From contig OZ243974.1 in NCBI GenBank assembly GCA_965214775.1, forward strand, positions 736,001-800,000: DNA of 64,000 nucleotides. The letters are read 5' to 3'. This DNA is from Nitrosopumilus sp. Lineage in GTDB: Archaea > Thermoproteota > Nitrososphaeria > Nitrososphaerales > Nitrosopumilaceae. The notes beneath the pieces were generated by a model. The model was given only the letters and a program-made list of their open reading frames with translations. It was not told where the DNA came from and made no database searches. A program made the translations under genes and the position numbers. Shown piece after piece: positions 1-10,581 of the stretch; the stretch's first letter is position 1; every line of letters begins with the position of its first letter.

Positions 1-200
1 GACAGGTAGGGTGCCGTGGACATTCCGCCCACATCAATAAAATCCGCCCCGTCATCCTCGATTTTTTTTACAGCGTCTCTGATCATTGTTCTGGATATCT
101 TGATCGATTTTTTGTAAAATGATTCTGGGCTGGCATTCAAAATGCCCATAATTCTTACCGGGCTTGACTTTCCAACGCTCACATTTGCGATTCTAGACAC
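1..200 (-). CDS. folP: Dihydropteroate synthase, N-terminal part (runs off window start)
   Basis: Manual translation from GTG at 200: MSRIANVSVGKSSPVRIMGILNASPESFY...GADFIDVGGMSTAPY. This matches the DHPS motifs IMGILN.(T/S)P.SF and DIIDVGGESTRP. Divergent from the mptE-like gene. Confidence 0.8.
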   Translation of the reverse strand, partial: MSRIANVSVGKSSPVRIMGILNASPESFYKKSIKISRTMIRDAVKKIEDDGADFIDVGGMSTAPYL

Positions 201-225
201 ATGATTTATCACAAGCTAAGCCAAT

Positions 226-975
226 TTGAGTGGTGTGATGGTGATTTCAGGCTGGAATGCAAAGTATGCTGCAATCCTCAAAGAATTCAGGTATGATGAG
301 AAAAAAGATAAAGAGTCTGCAGATTACTTGGATTCAATTCTGAAGGAATCAGACAACTACGAAAGAATTTCAAAAAAGATCAGGGGGCAGGACGTGGTTG
401 TGATAGGTGCCGGGCCGTCGTTGTCCAGGTGCATTCCCAAACTAAAAAAAATGAAAAAAGCTATCAAAATTGCCGCAGATGGCGCATCAAAGCCGCTTTT
501 GGAGAATAAGATCATCCCAGACATAGCCGTCACGGATTTGGATGGGGACAGGAAAAGCTTGGAGAGGATTGGAAGGGCAGGATGTATTATGGTCGTGCAT
601 GCACACGGGGACAACATGGAGAGACTAGACATGGCAAAAAAGTTCAAAAACTGCGTTGGAACAACCCAGTCAAGGCAACGCAAGAAAATAAGAAATTTCG
701 GGGGGTTCACAGACGGAGACAGATGTGTTTTTTTGGCAAATCATTTTTGTGCTAGGAGAATCATCCTGCTAGGAATGGACTTTGGGGACAGGATAGGCAG
801 GCATTCCTTAACAAGAAAATCAGACAGAAAAACCAAGCTTGAAAAATTGAAGAAAGGCGAGGAGTTGCTTGGCTGGCTTTCATCCTTTGCCAAATCAGAG
901 TTGTATACTGTATCACGGCCAATTAAGGGATTCAAGAAAATCTCTTTGAATCAAGCAGATGCCATGTTTACCTAG
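226..975 (+). CDS. mptE: 6-hydroxymethyl-7,8-dihydropterin pyrophosphokinase (MptE/DUF115 family)
   Basis: VIGAGPS, IAADGA, VTDLDG, VHAHGDN and FGGFTDGDR motifs; next to folP. The true start may be ATG 238. Confidence 0.8.
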   Translation: MSGVMVISGWNAKYAAILKEFRYDEKKDKESADYLDSILKESDNYERISKKIRGQDVVVIGAGPSLSRCIPKLKKMKKAIKIAADGASKPLLENKIIPDIAVTDLDGDRKSLERIGRAGCIMVVHAHGDNMERLDMAKKFKNCVGTTQSRQRKKIRNFGGFTDGDRCVFLANHFCARRIILLGMDFGDRIGRHSLTRKSDRKTKLEKLKKGEELLGWLSSFAKSELYTVSRPIKGFKKISLNQADAMFT

Positions 976-1010
976 AATGCATTTAATACCCATCAGGCAT
1001 CTATCAGGAT

Positions 1011-1604
1011 ATGAAGCTCTCAGAGGAACAAATGAAAGACATTGTTGCCCTGAAAGAAAACTTGACGGGGCAGGTTGAAAAACATCAAAAAGAGATCGAC
1101 ATGCTTGAGAAAAATTTGGCAATTCTTGATCTTGCATTAAAAGAATCCAGCTTCACCAGAGCCTCACATCTTGGTACGGCAAAGAAGGAGAAGGAGAAGG
1201 AAGCAGTGGCGGCCACTGCCACTAAAGAAAGCCCTCAAAAAGCTGCTGAGAATCCGATTCCAATCAAGCAAGGCAACAATGGGAGAATTATTGCAAAGGC
1301 TTACGTTACGCCTGAACAGATTTCAATTGTTCTAGATGACGACGTCAAGATTGATGCCGAGACTCCTCCCTTCAAATCGTTCTTTTTAGGCCGAATCATA
1401 GGGGAGATGAAGAAAAAAGATGCAGTTGAGGCCGGGAACGGCACCATACAGAGCGAATCAGCCATAGGTTGCACCATCAACAAGAACGGTACGGACATCA
1501 GAGAGATCATTGTCAAAAATTACCGTCAAAAAGAAAGGGTTAACGAATTGATCAGCACTGCAGGATGGTCATTGACAAGAATGCTTGAAAACATGGGCAA
1601 GTGA
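1011..1604 (+). CDS. Hypothetical protein with N-terminal coiled coil
   Basis: 197-aa ORF with a TTTAAT box about 25 nt upstream; operonic with guaA. Confidence 0.7.
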   Translation: MKLSEEQMKDIVALKENLTGQVEKHQKEIDMLEKNLAILDLALKESSFTRASHLGTAKKEKEKEAVAATATKESPQKAAENPIPIKQGNNGRIIAKAYVTPEQISIVLDDDVKIDAETPPFKSFFLGRIIGEMKKKDAVEAGNGTIQSESAIGCTINKNGTDIREIIVKNYRQKERVNELISTAGWSLTRMLENMGK

Positions 1605-1608
1605 TTGC

Positions 1609-3132
1609 ATGGACAAGATTGCCGTTTTAGACTTTGGTTCTCAGTACAGCCACCTAATATGCAGAAGAATCAGAGAATTTTCCGTTTATGCGGAGCTGGT
1701 TCCATTTGACATAAGTTATGAAGAGTTGCAAGGGCACAATCCCAAAGGAATAATTTTTTCAGGGGGTCCTTCAAGCGTGTACAGTCCAGATGCCCCAATG
1801 CCTGAGAACAAGGTTTTTGAAATGAATTTGCCCCTGTTGGGAATTTGCTATGGCCATCAGCTAATCGTCAGCAAGTATGGAGGAAAAGTAAAAAGGGCAA
1901 ACAAGGAATACGGTTCCTCGCTATTGACAGTTGATGACGACAGGGATCTTCTTAATGGCGTGGGGGGATCGGTTCGTGCATGGATGAGTCATGGTGATGA
2001 GGCCGAAGAGATTCCGCCGGGTTTTCAGGTAATCGGGCATACGGAGAGTGCAAAAGCTGCGGCAATTGCTTCTGATGAAAAACCAGTATATGGAATACAG
2101 TTTCATCCGGAAGTCGTACATACGGAGCAGGGAACCGAAATTCTCAAAAATTTTGTGCTGAAAGTTTGTAACGCAAAACAAGAGTGGACCATGGAGGGTT
2201 TCATAGAATCATCAGTTCAAAAAATTTCAAGGACGGAAGGAAATATTTTGTGCGGAGTCAGCGGAGGAATAGATTCCACGGTTGCAGCACTGTTAATTCA
2301 CAAGGCAGTAGGAGATCGGCTCAAATGTGTTTTTGTCAACAACGGACTGCTAAGGCTCGATGAAGAAAAGGAGATCGAGGAGATGTTCAGAGACAGTTTC
2401 AAGGTAAACTTTTTGTCAATTGATGCGTCTCAAGAGTTTCTAGGAAAATTAAAAGGGATAGGTGATCCCGAGCAGAAAAGAAAGATAGTCGGGGAAGAAT
2501 TTGTGCGCGTTTTTGCCGATTTTGCTGAAAAAAACGGTCCTTTCAAATGGTTGGCACAAGGAACTCTTTATCCAGACGTAATTGAGAGCGGAGTTTCCAA
2601 AGGGCCTGCAGCCGTAATCAAATCACACCACAACGTAGGCGGGTTGCCAGAATGGCTGAACTTGGAAATTTTGGAGCCGCTAAGAGAGCTGTACAAGGAC
2701 GAGGTCAGACAAATTGCAAAGATTCTCGATGTTCCAGAAAAACTATTCATGAGACACCCGTTTCCCGGACCGGGCTTGTCTGTAAGAATTATTGGACAAG
2801 TGACCCCTTCCAAACTTCAGATTTGCAAGGTTGCCAGCAGGATTGTTGAGGACGAGCTGCTTGAAGCTGGTTTGTACAACAAAGTGTGGCAGGCATATGC
2901 TGCAGTAGGCGACGACATGGCAGTGGGAGTCGTGGGGGATGAAAGGCGATATGGCAACATTGTAATGATCAGGGTGGTGGATTCTATTGACGCGATGACA
3001 GCTGACTGGACTAGGCTGCCGCACGAATTACTGGAAAAAATCAGCAACAGAATTACAAATGAGATTGAGGAGGTTACTTGGGTCACATACACAGTTTCCA
3101 GCAAGCCCCCGGCAACAATCGAGCCCCAATAG
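1609..3132 (+). CDS. guaA: GMP synthase (glutamine-hydrolysing), fused GATase and ATP-PPase domains
   Basis: LDFGSQY, GICYGHQ, QFHPEV, SGGIDS, IKSHHNVGGLP, HPFPGPGL and KPPATIE motifs. ATG 1609 preferred over the ORF-track start at 1585. Confidence 0.97.
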   Translation: MDKIAVLDFGSQYSHLICRRIREFSVYAELVPFDISYEELQGHNPKGIIFSGGPSSVYSPDAPMPENKVFEMNLPLLGICYGHQLIVSKYGGKVKRANKEYGSSLLTVDDDRDLLNGVGGSVRAWMSHGDEAEEIPPGFQVIGHTESAKAAAIASDEKPVYGIQFHPEVVHTEQGTEILKNFVLKVCNAKQEWTMEGFIESSVQKISRTEGNILCGVSGGIDSTVAALLIHKAVGDRLKCVFVNNGLLRLDEEKEIEEMFRDSFKVNFLSIDASQEFLGKLKGIGDPEQKRKIVGEEFVRVFADFAEKNGPFKWLAQGTLYPDVIESGVSKGPAAVIKSHHNVGGLPEWLNLEILEPLRELYKDEVRQIAKILDVPEKLFMRHPFPGPGLSVRIIGQVTPSKLQICKVASRIVEDELLEAGLYNKVWQAYAAVGDDMAVGVVGDERRYGNIVMIRVVDSIDAMTADWTRLPHELLEKISNRITNEIEEVTWVTYTVSSKPPATIEPQ

Positions 3133-3161
3133 GGACAATAACGGGGTATGGAAAAATCGTA

Positions 3162-3240
3162 TAGCAACGAGCAGAAATAATTGAGGTTTTTTACGTGTAG
3201 TTATGACCTGCTTTGACTCAAAGACTCCTGCCCGTTGCTA
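3162..3240. mobile_element. 79-bp MITE, IS630-type (family M1), copy 1
   Basis: TIR TAGCAACG...CGTTGCTA flanked by TA on both sides; 77/79 identical to 60934-61012. Confidence 0.85.
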
Positions 3241-3380
3241 TAATCATATGTGTCTCAAAAACAAAATTCAGATGGTGCCAAGATAAATGGCAATGCAAAC
3301 AAACAGATTAGTGCAAAAAAGAGGATATGTGTAGCCTATGGCCTGCAATTTTTTTTGACTAAATGACTCCAGCTTGGAAA

Positions 3381-4256
3381 TCAAGGCAACAGCGCAGCGC
3401 CAAATACGCCTGCCGAATCGCCAAGAGAATTTCGGATTATAGGAGTGTCAATGCTGTCTGAGAATACTTTTTCATATACGCTTTCTTTGCCCAGTGAATA
3501 AAGAAAGTCAATGTTGGACAATCCTCCCCCAAGAACTATGGCATCAGGATCCAGAATGTCAATTACGTTGGCCAGCGCAGCGCCAAAGTTTTCCAAAAAT
3601 TCTGTCTTCCATTGCACCCCAACATCAGAACCCAACTCTGTTAGAATTTCAGGAAGTCTGACTGATTCGTTGGACAGGGCGGTCCACCTTGATTCTAGTG
3701 CGGGTCCACTCAGGTAAGCCTCCACACAGCCTGATCTGCCGCAATAGCACGGGTTTCCGCTTGGATGTAAAATGTGATGGCCCCACTCGCCTGCAATCAG
3801 GTTCCTGCCTGCGTGCAGTTTTTTGCCAATTACGATTCCTCCTCCAATGCCCGTTCCCATGATTACGCCAAAAACAACATTGTAGTTTACCGCCGAGCCC
3901 ATTGTTGCCTCTGCCATTGCAAAGCAGTTTGCGTCGTTTTCCAGGGAAACATTAACTTCCAACCTGTCTTCTAGATCATTTTGGATTGATCTTCCAACAA
4001 GACACTGCGTATTGCTGTTTTTTATCGTACCTGTCTGTTTTGAGACTGCGCCAGGCGTGCAAATTCCAAGAGTAAAGTCAGAGACGCCCGAAGTAATGTC
4101 TGAAACCAGGCTGGCAATTGAGGAAATGATTTGTTCATAGTCGTTTCTGGGGGTAGGAATGCGTTTTCGTGCCACGGTTCTCAGATTTTCATCAAGCAAG
4201 ACGGCTTCGGTTTTTGTTCCGCCTAGATCAACGCCCACCCTGCTCAACAGACTCAA
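3381..4256 (-). CDS. ROK family sugar kinase
   Basis: GVDLGGTK, ENDANC, GTGIGGG and AGEWGH...CYCGRSGCVE motifs. Confidence 0.92.
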   Translation of the reverse strand: MSLLSRVGVDLGGTKTEAVLLDENLRTVARKRIPTPRNDYEQIISSIASLVSDITSGVSDFTLGICTPGAVSKQTGTIKNSNTQCLVGRSIQNDLEDRLEVNVSLENDANCFAMAEATMGSAVNYNVVFGVIMGTGIGGGIVIGKKLHAGRNLIAGEWGHHILHPSGNPCYCGRSGCVEAYLSGPALESRWTALSNESVRLPEILTELGSDVGVQWKTEFLENFGAALANVIDILDPDAIVLGGGLSNIDFLYSLGKESVYEKVFSDSIDTPIIRNSLGDSAGVFGAALLP

Positions 4257-4291
4257 TTGAGGTAACAGACTCCCCCAAGTTTTAAGAAATT

Positions 4292-5920
4292 CTAACCCAT
4301 CGGAGGCATTGCGCCGCCGCCACCACCTGGTGCGCCAGAGACGGCAATTACATCGTCGATTCTAAGAATCATGCATGCTGCCTCAGTGGCAGACTTGATG
4401 ATTTGCTCCTTGACTACAATAGGTTCAATGACGTCAATTCCCAGCATGTCTGCAATCTTTGTGTTTCGGGCGTCGATTCCAGTCCATTTTCTGCCCTGGT
4501 TTTGTTTTGCACGCAGGTTTGCCATTGTATCAATCGGATCCATGCCCGCGTTCTCGGCAATTGTCAGCGGAATTGTCTCCAGCGCTTCGGCATACTTTTT
4601 AATTGCAAGTTGCTCCCTTCCATCAAAACTGTCAGCCCAGTCTTTGAGTTGGGATGCTGCAAACGATTCGGGGGCGCCTCCGCCGGCAACGATTTCGGGT
4701 TTCTCAATAACGTCTTTGACTACCATCAAGGAATCATGGATTGAACGGTCTACTTCGTCAACCACTCTTTGAGAGCCGCCTCTAATTAGCAATGTAACAG
4801 ATTGTGGATGCTTGCAGCCTTCGATGAAGACCCATTTGTCAGATTCGACCTTCTTTTGATGAGCCAGATCTGCAGTTCCAAGATCCTTTTCTGAAAGGTC
4901 ATCAAGATTGCTTATCACGCGGCCGCCGGTTGCCTTTGAGAGTTTAATCATGTCACTTTCTTTTACGCGACGGACTGCCATAATGCCGTGCTTTGCAAGG
5001 TAGTGTTGTGCGATATCATCGATTCCCTTCTGGCAAATTAGCACATTGGCGCCAACGTCATGGAGTTTGTCCACCATTGCCTTGAGCATTCTGTTTTCCT
5101 CTTCCAAGAACATCTGCATTTGGGTCGGATCAGTGATTCTGATTTCCGAGCTCATCTCGGTTTTTTCAATTTCTAATGCAGAGTTTAGCAACGCAATCTT
5201 TGCTTTTTCAATTTTGGTTGGCATTCCGCTGTGAACGATCTCTTTGTCAAGAACAATGCCTTGTATGATTTGAGTGTCTTGGATTGAGCCGCCGGATTTC
5301 TTTTCTACTTTGATATTTTCCAGGTCAACAGTATGATCATCGCCTCTTTTGGTTGCAATGCTTAAAATGGAATCGACAACGATCTTTGCCAAAATGTCAC
5401 TGTCTTCTGAAATTAGCTTTGATTGCATGCTGGTAGTTGCAATTTTTAACAACGATTCCCTGTCATCGGGCTTGATTTTCTTTGATAATTCAGCATAGAT
5501 TTCAAGTGTTTTTTCTGCTGCTGTTTGAAAGCCTTCGACTATTACTGAGGAATGAACGTCTTTTTTGAGCAGGTCTTCTGCCTTTGCCAACAGGGATCCT
5601 CCAAAAACGACAGACGATGTGGTTCCGTCCCCTACCTCGCTGTCGACGGTTTTTGAGATTTCAACCATCATTTTGGCTGCAGGATGCTGGACGTCAATCT
5701 CCTTTAGAATTGTCGCACCGTCATTTGTAATTGTGACATCTCCTAATGAATCAACTAGCATCTTGTCCAGTCCTCTTGGTCCAAGACTGCTCTTTACTAG
5801 TTCTGCGACCAGTTTTGCTGCAGCAATATTGTTTTGTTGGGCATCCTTGCCTTTTTGCTGCAAGGCACTTTCTTTGAGAACCAGTACCGGCCCATTAGGT
5901 CCTTGTTGAATTGACGCCAT
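4292..5920 (-). CDS. ths: Thermosome (group II chaperonin) subunit
   Basis: [25 protein letters not shown] and VAGGGAPE motifs, Gly/Met-rich tail. ATG 5920 is the likely start. Confidence 0.96.
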   Translation of the reverse strand: MASIQQGPNGPVLVLKESALQQKGKDAQQNNIAAAKLVAELVKSSLGPRGLDKMLVDSLGDVTITNDGATILKEIDVQHPAAKMMVEISKTVDSEVGDGTTSSVVFGGSLLAKAEDLLKKDVHSSVIVEGFQTAAEKTLEIYAELSKKIKPDDRESLLKIATTSMQSKLISEDSDILAKIVVDSILSIATKRGDDHTVDLENIKVEKKSGGSIQDTQIIQGIVLDKEIVHSGMPTKIEKAKIALLNSALEIEKTEMSSEIRITDPTQMQMFLEEENRMLKAMVDKLHDVGANVLICQKGIDDIAQHYLAKHGIMAVRRVKESDMIKLSKATGGRVISNLDDLSEKDLGTADLAHQKKVESDKWVFIEGCKHPQSVTLLIRGGSQRVVDEVDRSIHDSLMVVKDVIEKPEIVAGGGAPESFAASQLKDWADSFDGREQLAIKKYAEALETIPLTIAENAGMDPIDTMANLRAKQNQGRKWTGIDARNTKIADMLGIDVIEPIVVKEQIIKSATEAACMILRIDDVIAVSGAPGGGGGAMPPMG

Positions 5921-5963
5921 TAGATTCAAAAACCATGCCCCGAATCCCCCTTTTTAATATTAC

Positions 5964-7733
5964 TTAGCAGATCGGCTCGACGTATCGGCGTCTTTTGACG
6001 TCGACTATTCCGCCGGACAGAATTCGGGCAGAAGGCAATGCCAAAAACGGCAAGAACAGCGGCACAAGATGAGGCCTTGGGAACTTGCATCCAGAATCGA
6101 CAATAAAGGTACTGATTTTCTCAAAATTGTTCGAGACTTTTTCAAACGAATCAGTAGAGACGATTCCGGCAAATTGTAGCGGCAATGATGAAAGCGTCTT
6201 TCCAGACTTTACTACGACCAGGCCGCCCTGGTTCTTGACAATGTGGTTTGCAGCAGCAGCCATGTCAGAGTCGTTTGAGCCAATCACGATCATGTCATTT
6301 TCATGAAAACTCCATGAGGATGCAAAGGCGCCAATCTCGGCGCCAAAATTTTCCAAGAATCCTATCGAATGGCGTCTTGTTCCATGAATACGATCAAAGG
6401 CAGCTACCTTCCAGACATCAGAATCCAAGGATGCCGATACCAAGCCGTCCTTGACCGGAAGTTCAGCAGAACCAATTTTTGTGATAATCTCAGTCAGCAT
6501 CGAAATCGTGTTTGCAGTGACTTGGTTTTTCCTTGATTTTATTTCAAAGTCTTTTTTTGAGAATTTGCCTAGTTTTACAGTATTTTTTATCCAGGAAGGA
6601 ATTGTCTTCTTCTTCTTCTTTATTGGAACGGCAAGCTTTCCATCTGAGACTGTTAATTTTCCTCCAACAAACACCTGTGCGGGCCTAAACGACTTCAAGT
6701 CTTCGAAGATCAGGATGTCAGCTAGTTTTCCAGGAGCAATTCCGCCAAGATCCCTGCCCATGTTATAGTAGTCAAAATTATTTTTCGAAGCCATAGAAAT
6801 TGCGTCAACTGGCTCTAGCCCGAGCTTGACTGATTCTCTAATGCAGTGATCAATATGGCCAAATTTCGAAATATCCAACGGATCAATACCGTCTGAGCAG
6901 AACATCAGGCGGTCAAGATATGTCCCATGAGACAGCACTCTTGGGATGATTTCCTTGAGATCACGTCTGATTGAGCCCTCTCTAATCATGACCCACATTC
7001 CAAGACGTAGTCTCTCTATGACTTGATCAAAGTCAATTGGCTCATGACAGGATAAAATACCGGAGGAAACATAAGAGTTGAGTTTTTTGTCACTGGTGCC
7101 TGCCGTATGGCCGTTAATTATGCAGCCGTGTTCTAGCATCGAAGAGAGGGATTTCATTGTTTTTGGGTCGCGCAAAGTAACCCTAGTCCAGGAAAACACT
7201 TCGCCCAACCCAAGAACACGAGGATGTTTGATTGCAGATTTTTCTTCAGACAGAGACATTGTCTTGCTATTGCTAAATTTTGCATCAACAGGCAGCCCTC
7301 CAGGGACGACTTGGAAGATTCTAATTGGCAAATCCTCGCCAAGCCTTAGAAACTCTTGGAATCCTCTGCTGCCACCAACGCTTACCACATCAATGGGATC
7401 TGAAAAGAGGGAGGTGACCCCGCACAACAAGGCCTGTTTTGCAAATTCCGAAGGCAAGACGAATTGATCAAGGTGCAGGTGCGGATCTGCAAATCCGGGA
7501 CTGACAAGCCTGTCTTTGACGTCAGTGACCTTTGTTTTGGGGCCTATTGCGTGCGATGCGTCCGGGCCAACATACGCAATCCTGTCACCGGCTATGGCAA
7601 TCTGAGTTTTAGGAATGGTTTCTCGGGTATAGACAGAAAGCAAGCTACAGTTTTTTAAAACCAGATCGGCTTTTTTGTCACCCAGTGCAACAGAATTCAA
7701 CGAATAAATGGAATCAGCTAGTCTTGAATTCAC
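5964..7733 (-). CDS. ade: Adenine deaminase
   Basis: PGFADPHLHLD, INGH, SCHE, IREGS, FCSDG and GGIAPGKLAD motifs, plus the C-terminal adenine deaminase domain. Confidence 0.88.
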   Translation of the reverse strand: MNSRLADSIYSLNSVALGDKKADLVLKNCSLLSVYTRETIPKTQIAIAGDRIAYVGPDASHAIGPKTKVTDVKDRLVSPGFADPHLHLDQFVLPSEFAKQALLCGVTSLFSDPIDVVSVGGSRGFQEFLRLGEDLPIRIFQVVPGGLPVDAKFSNSKTMSLSEEKSAIKHPRVLGLGEVFSWTRVTLRDPKTMKSLSSMLEHGCIINGHTAGTSDKKLNSYVSSGILSCHEPIDFDQVIERLRLGMWVMIREGSIRRDLKEIIPRVLSHGTYLDRLMFCSDGIDPLDISKFGHIDHCIRESVKLGLEPVDAISMASKNNFDYYNMGRDLGGIAPGKLADILIFEDLKSFRPAQVFVGGKLTVSDGKLAVPIKKKKKTIPSWIKNTVKLGKFSKKDFEIKSRKNQVTANTISMLTEIITKIGSAELPVKDGLVSASLDSDVWKVAAFDRIHGTRRHSIGFLENFGAEIGAFASSWSFHENDMIVIGSNDSDMAAAANHIVKNQGGLVVVKSGKTLSSLPLQFAGIVSTDSFEKVSNNFEKISTFIVDSGCKFPRPHLVPLFLPFLALPSARILSGGIVDVKRRRYVEPIC

Positions 7734-7802
7734 GCTTTTAATTGAAATTTGCGCCTATTATAGATTCAATGCTTAAATTACGGGTCAGAAGGTTTTGTTG
7801 GT

Positions 7803-8084
7803 ATGAACATTCCAAAGGTGATCAGAAGGTACTGTGCAAAATGCAAGACGCACAAGGATCACAAGATCTCCATCTACAAGGCTGGAAAAAGAAGGGGCTC
7901 GGCAAGGGGCGAGCGCAGGCACGCCGAGAGAAAAAGAGGATATGGCGGACAGAAATTCCCAAAACTTGCAAAACCGGCCAAAGTTACAAAAAAAGTCACC
8001 CCTATTTTGACATGTACCGTTTGTAAAAAGAAATTCAACAAGCCCGGTATAAGAATTAAGAAATTTGAGTTGGTGGCAGCATGA
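7803..8084 (+). CDS. rpl44e: 50S ribosomal protein L44e
   Basis: YCAKCKTH...GYGGQKFP...KVTKK...CTVC. Confidence 0.96.
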   Translation: MNIPKVIRRYCAKCKTHKDHKISIYKAGKRRGSARGERRHAERKRGYGGQKFPKLAKPAKVTKKVTPILTCTVCKKKFNKPGIRIKKFELVAA

Positions 8085-8275
8085 AAAAAGATCACATTGA
8101 AATTCCAGAGCCGTCAAGCAGGTTCGAAAAAGTCAATTGTAATGAATGCGGCGAAATACAAGTGGTGTATTCGCATGCCTCGACTCCTGTTGCATGTAAT
8201 TCATGCGGAAATACGATTGCAGAAGCCACGGGTTCCAAGGCAAGAATCAATGGCAAAATATTAGGCAGTGCCTAG
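8081..8275 (+). CDS. rps27e: 30S ribosomal protein S27e
   Basis: PEPSSRFEKVNCNECG...VYSHAS...CNSCG; overlaps rpl44e (ATGA). Confidence 0.95.
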   Translation: MKKDHIEIPEPSSRFEKVNCNECGEIQVVYSHASTPVACNSCGNTIAEATGSKARINGKILGSA

Positions 8276-8851
8276 CAAAAAATAGTCTTCTCTAGTGTTT
8301 AGGTTGAGTGCTATTCTTTTATCGTCTACAACTACGGTTTTCTCTTCAATGCTGTCCAATGAAGAAGCGACTTTTCTAGAATTAATCATGGAGATTCCAG
8401 AGTAGGCGCACTCTTTATTGCCGTGTTTTACTGTAAAGTCAGACTTTGTGCCCAAGTCATCCAAAAGCTGCTTTGAGACAAGTATGCTTGTCCAAATGTC
8501 TTGGGGATCATAAAGATTATGGATTTTTCGGATTATGGGGGAATCCAGAAGGGGCAGGTCTCCAGACGTGACAAAAATGTCCTCGTCAAATTTTTGCAAT
8601 ACCAGATTAAGATCCTCGACATACCCATCCCCCGGGGAATCAAGAGTGGCAATGCTGCTGTCGTGTTCTAAAAACTTCCTTGTGTCAGGGGAGTTCGGAC
8701 TGGTAATTGCAAAAATTTTTGAAAAACAGTTTGACTGTTTTAGTGAGTCTACAACATGAAGAATGACTGGTTTTCTGTATTTGAGGAGCAGTTTCTCGCC
8801 ATCCAAATCCATTCTAGAGCCCCTGCCTCCGGCCATGATAATTCCAATCAT
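8261..8851 (-). CDS. cobY: GTP:adenosylcobinamide-phosphate guanylyltransferase (CobY-like NTP transferase)
   Basis: IMAGGRGSRM...EKLL, GYVEDL and NLNTRED motifs; lies in the cob operon. Confidence 0.85.
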   Translation of the reverse strand: MIGIIMAGGRGSRMDLDGEKLLLKYRKPVILHVVDSLKQSNCFSKIFAITSPNSPDTRKFLEHDSSIATLDSPGDGYVEDLNLVLQKFDEDIFVTSGDLPLLDSPIIRKIHNLYDPQDIWTSILVSKQLLDDLGTKSDFTVKHGNKECAYSGISMINSRKVASSLDSIEEKTVVVDDKRIALNLNTREDYFLLGTA

Positions 8852-9621
8852 ATGGAAACGAACACCATCAATGACGCTAGTCGCGTAAGTTCGTTGGTTG
8901 CCCCAAGAACATCGCCTGTAATGCCGCCAAAACTACGAGTTGAAATCGCAAGCAGGAACAGAGTAAAAGTCACCGTTATGCCAAGCATGACCAGGCCTGC
9001 CGTTTGGCCAACTAGCAGTACTGGGACAATCATTATCAAAAAGGCTGCGCCAAGCCTTCGCTTATCCTTCATAGCAGAGACAAATGGAGAACCGGATCCC
9101 AAGGAGGCGGAATTTCCCAGGCCTGCCATTAAGACCATTGAAAATTTTGCCAGAATTTCGCTGATGAGAATCGCCCTGAAGAGATCAAGTCCGGAGGTCA
9201 GTGAAACCGTCATAACTAATCCAGCCAGGTACAGCACCGTTGCTACAATGCCGGCAGATCCCGTGTTTAGATCCCTCATTGCAGAAATTTTCTTGTCCTT
9301 GCCTCCTTTTGCCATCAGGCCATCTGCAAAATCGGCCAGCCCATCTGCATGGTGAACCCCAGTCACTATAGCCAGAGATGTAACGACAAGCAGACTGACA
9401 ATCAACGGATCAAAGACAAATGACAAACCAAGTCCAAACGAACCGACTAGCATTCCTATTGCAATGCCGGCAATTGGAAATACGTGCATGTACTTTGCAA
9501 TGTTTTCTATTGTTGCATTTGATGATGGTGATGGTGATGGTGATGGTGATGGTGATGGTGATGGTGATGGTGATGGAAATATTGTCAGAAATGAAAAAAC
9601 ATAGCCAATTTCCCTAAGCAT
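8848..9621 (-). CDS. cobS: Adenosylcobinamide-GDP ribazoletransferase (cobalamin synthase)
   Basis: FSFLTIFP, TGVHHADGLADFADG, MRD...GSAG and FGGITGDVLGA motifs; carries a (PS)9 insert. Confidence 0.93.
   Translation of the reverse strand: MLREIGYVFSFLTIFPSPSPSPSPSPSPSPSPSSNATIENIAKYMHVFPIAGIAIGMLVGSFGLGLSFVFDPLIVSLLVVTSLAIVTGVHHADGLADFADGLMAKGGKDKKISAMRDLNTGSAGIVATVLYLAGLVMTVSLTSGLDLFRAILISEILAKFSMVLMAGLGNSASLGSGSPFVSAMKDKRRLGAAFLIMIVPVLLVGQTAGLVMLGITVTFTLFLLAISTRSFGGITGDVLGATNELTRLASLMVFVSI
9524..9576. repeat. (GATGGT)n hexanucleotide microsatellite inside cobS
   Basis: Eight perfect units plus a partial unit; encodes (PS)9 in frame. Confidence 0.95.
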
Positions 9622-10567
9622 AAATCCACCATCCCAGCAAATACAAGATTGCCATCATCGGAATTACAATTATTCCAAAAAACAGCAACGAGGTAACCTT
9701 CATTAACGAAATTGCAGAATGAACATGCTGCTTGGACAGCGGAGCTTCCCTGTCTCCCAGCTGGTAATGATCAATTTTTTCAAATTTCGTGCCAAGGGCG
9801 CCGGCCAATGCAGCCATTGTATATCCGGCATTGGGACTTTCTGTTTTCCTGCAATCACGCACCATCGTATTATAGGATTCTTTCCAGTTGTTTTGTAAAA
9901 GTGCAGCGGCAATTATCATCACAAGTCCCGTAAGCCGGGAAGGGATGTAATTGATAACAGTATCGCACTTTGCGGCAAACCATCCAATGTTTTGGAACAA
10001 ATCAGTCTTGTATCCTATCATAGAGTCTGCAGTGTTGATAACTCGATAGACAAATGCCCCCGGGAGCCCGAATAGCCCATAATAGAACAGCGGACCGGTG
10101 ATTCCATCCACGGTGTTCTCGCCAATGCTCTCAAGCACGCCTGAAATCACGTGATCCCGGTCTAGTTTTGAGGTATCGCGCTTGACAATCATCGATAGGC
10201 TGTCCCTGGCGCCATCCAGTCTGCCTGCATCAAGGGAATCCAAGACCGCCCTAGCATGGATTTCCATTCCGCGAATTGCAAAAGTTGTTTTTGCCAAGAC
10301 CCCGCCAACAACCACAGATACGGCTGCCGAAATCACATGGTCTGGTATAAGCGAAAAGCCATAGACTATCCCAAGAGTCATTATCAGGACAATTCCTGCC
10401 GTAACGCTTACTATCACTACTCCTCCAATCTTTTCAACGGTGCGGCTTTGATTTTTTGCAATTGGAGCCAGCTTTGCAATGCAATTTCCCATCCATGCAG
10501 TGGGGTGATACCGGTTTTTGGGATCCCCAAACTTGAGATCCAGTAATATCGCAAGCCCGGCTGCCAA
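9614..10567 (-). CDS. cbiB: Adenosylcobinamide-phosphate synthase CbiB
   Basis: GDP...HPTAWMG, VKRDT, ESIGENTVDGITGPLFY, YRVINTADSMIGYK and SPNAG motifs. The start could lie six codons upstream (CTG 10585). Confidence 0.92.
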   Translation of the reverse strand: MAAGLAILLDLKFGDPKNRYHPTAWMGNCIAKLAPIAKNQSRTVEKIGGVVIVSVTAGIVLIMTLGIVYGFSLIPDHVISAAVSVVVGGVLAKTTFAIRGMEIHARAVLDSLDAGRLDGARDSLSMIVKRDTSKLDRDHVISGVLESIGENTVDGITGPLFYYGLFGLPGAFVYRVINTADSMIGYKTDLFQNIGWFAAKCDTVINYIPSRLTGLVMIIAAALLQNNWKESYNTMVRDCRKTESPNAGYTMAALAGALGTKFEKIDHYQLGDREAPLSKQHVHSAISLMKVTSLLFFGIIVIPMMAILYLLGWWIYA

Positions 10568-10581
10568 AATGGATTCCAGAA

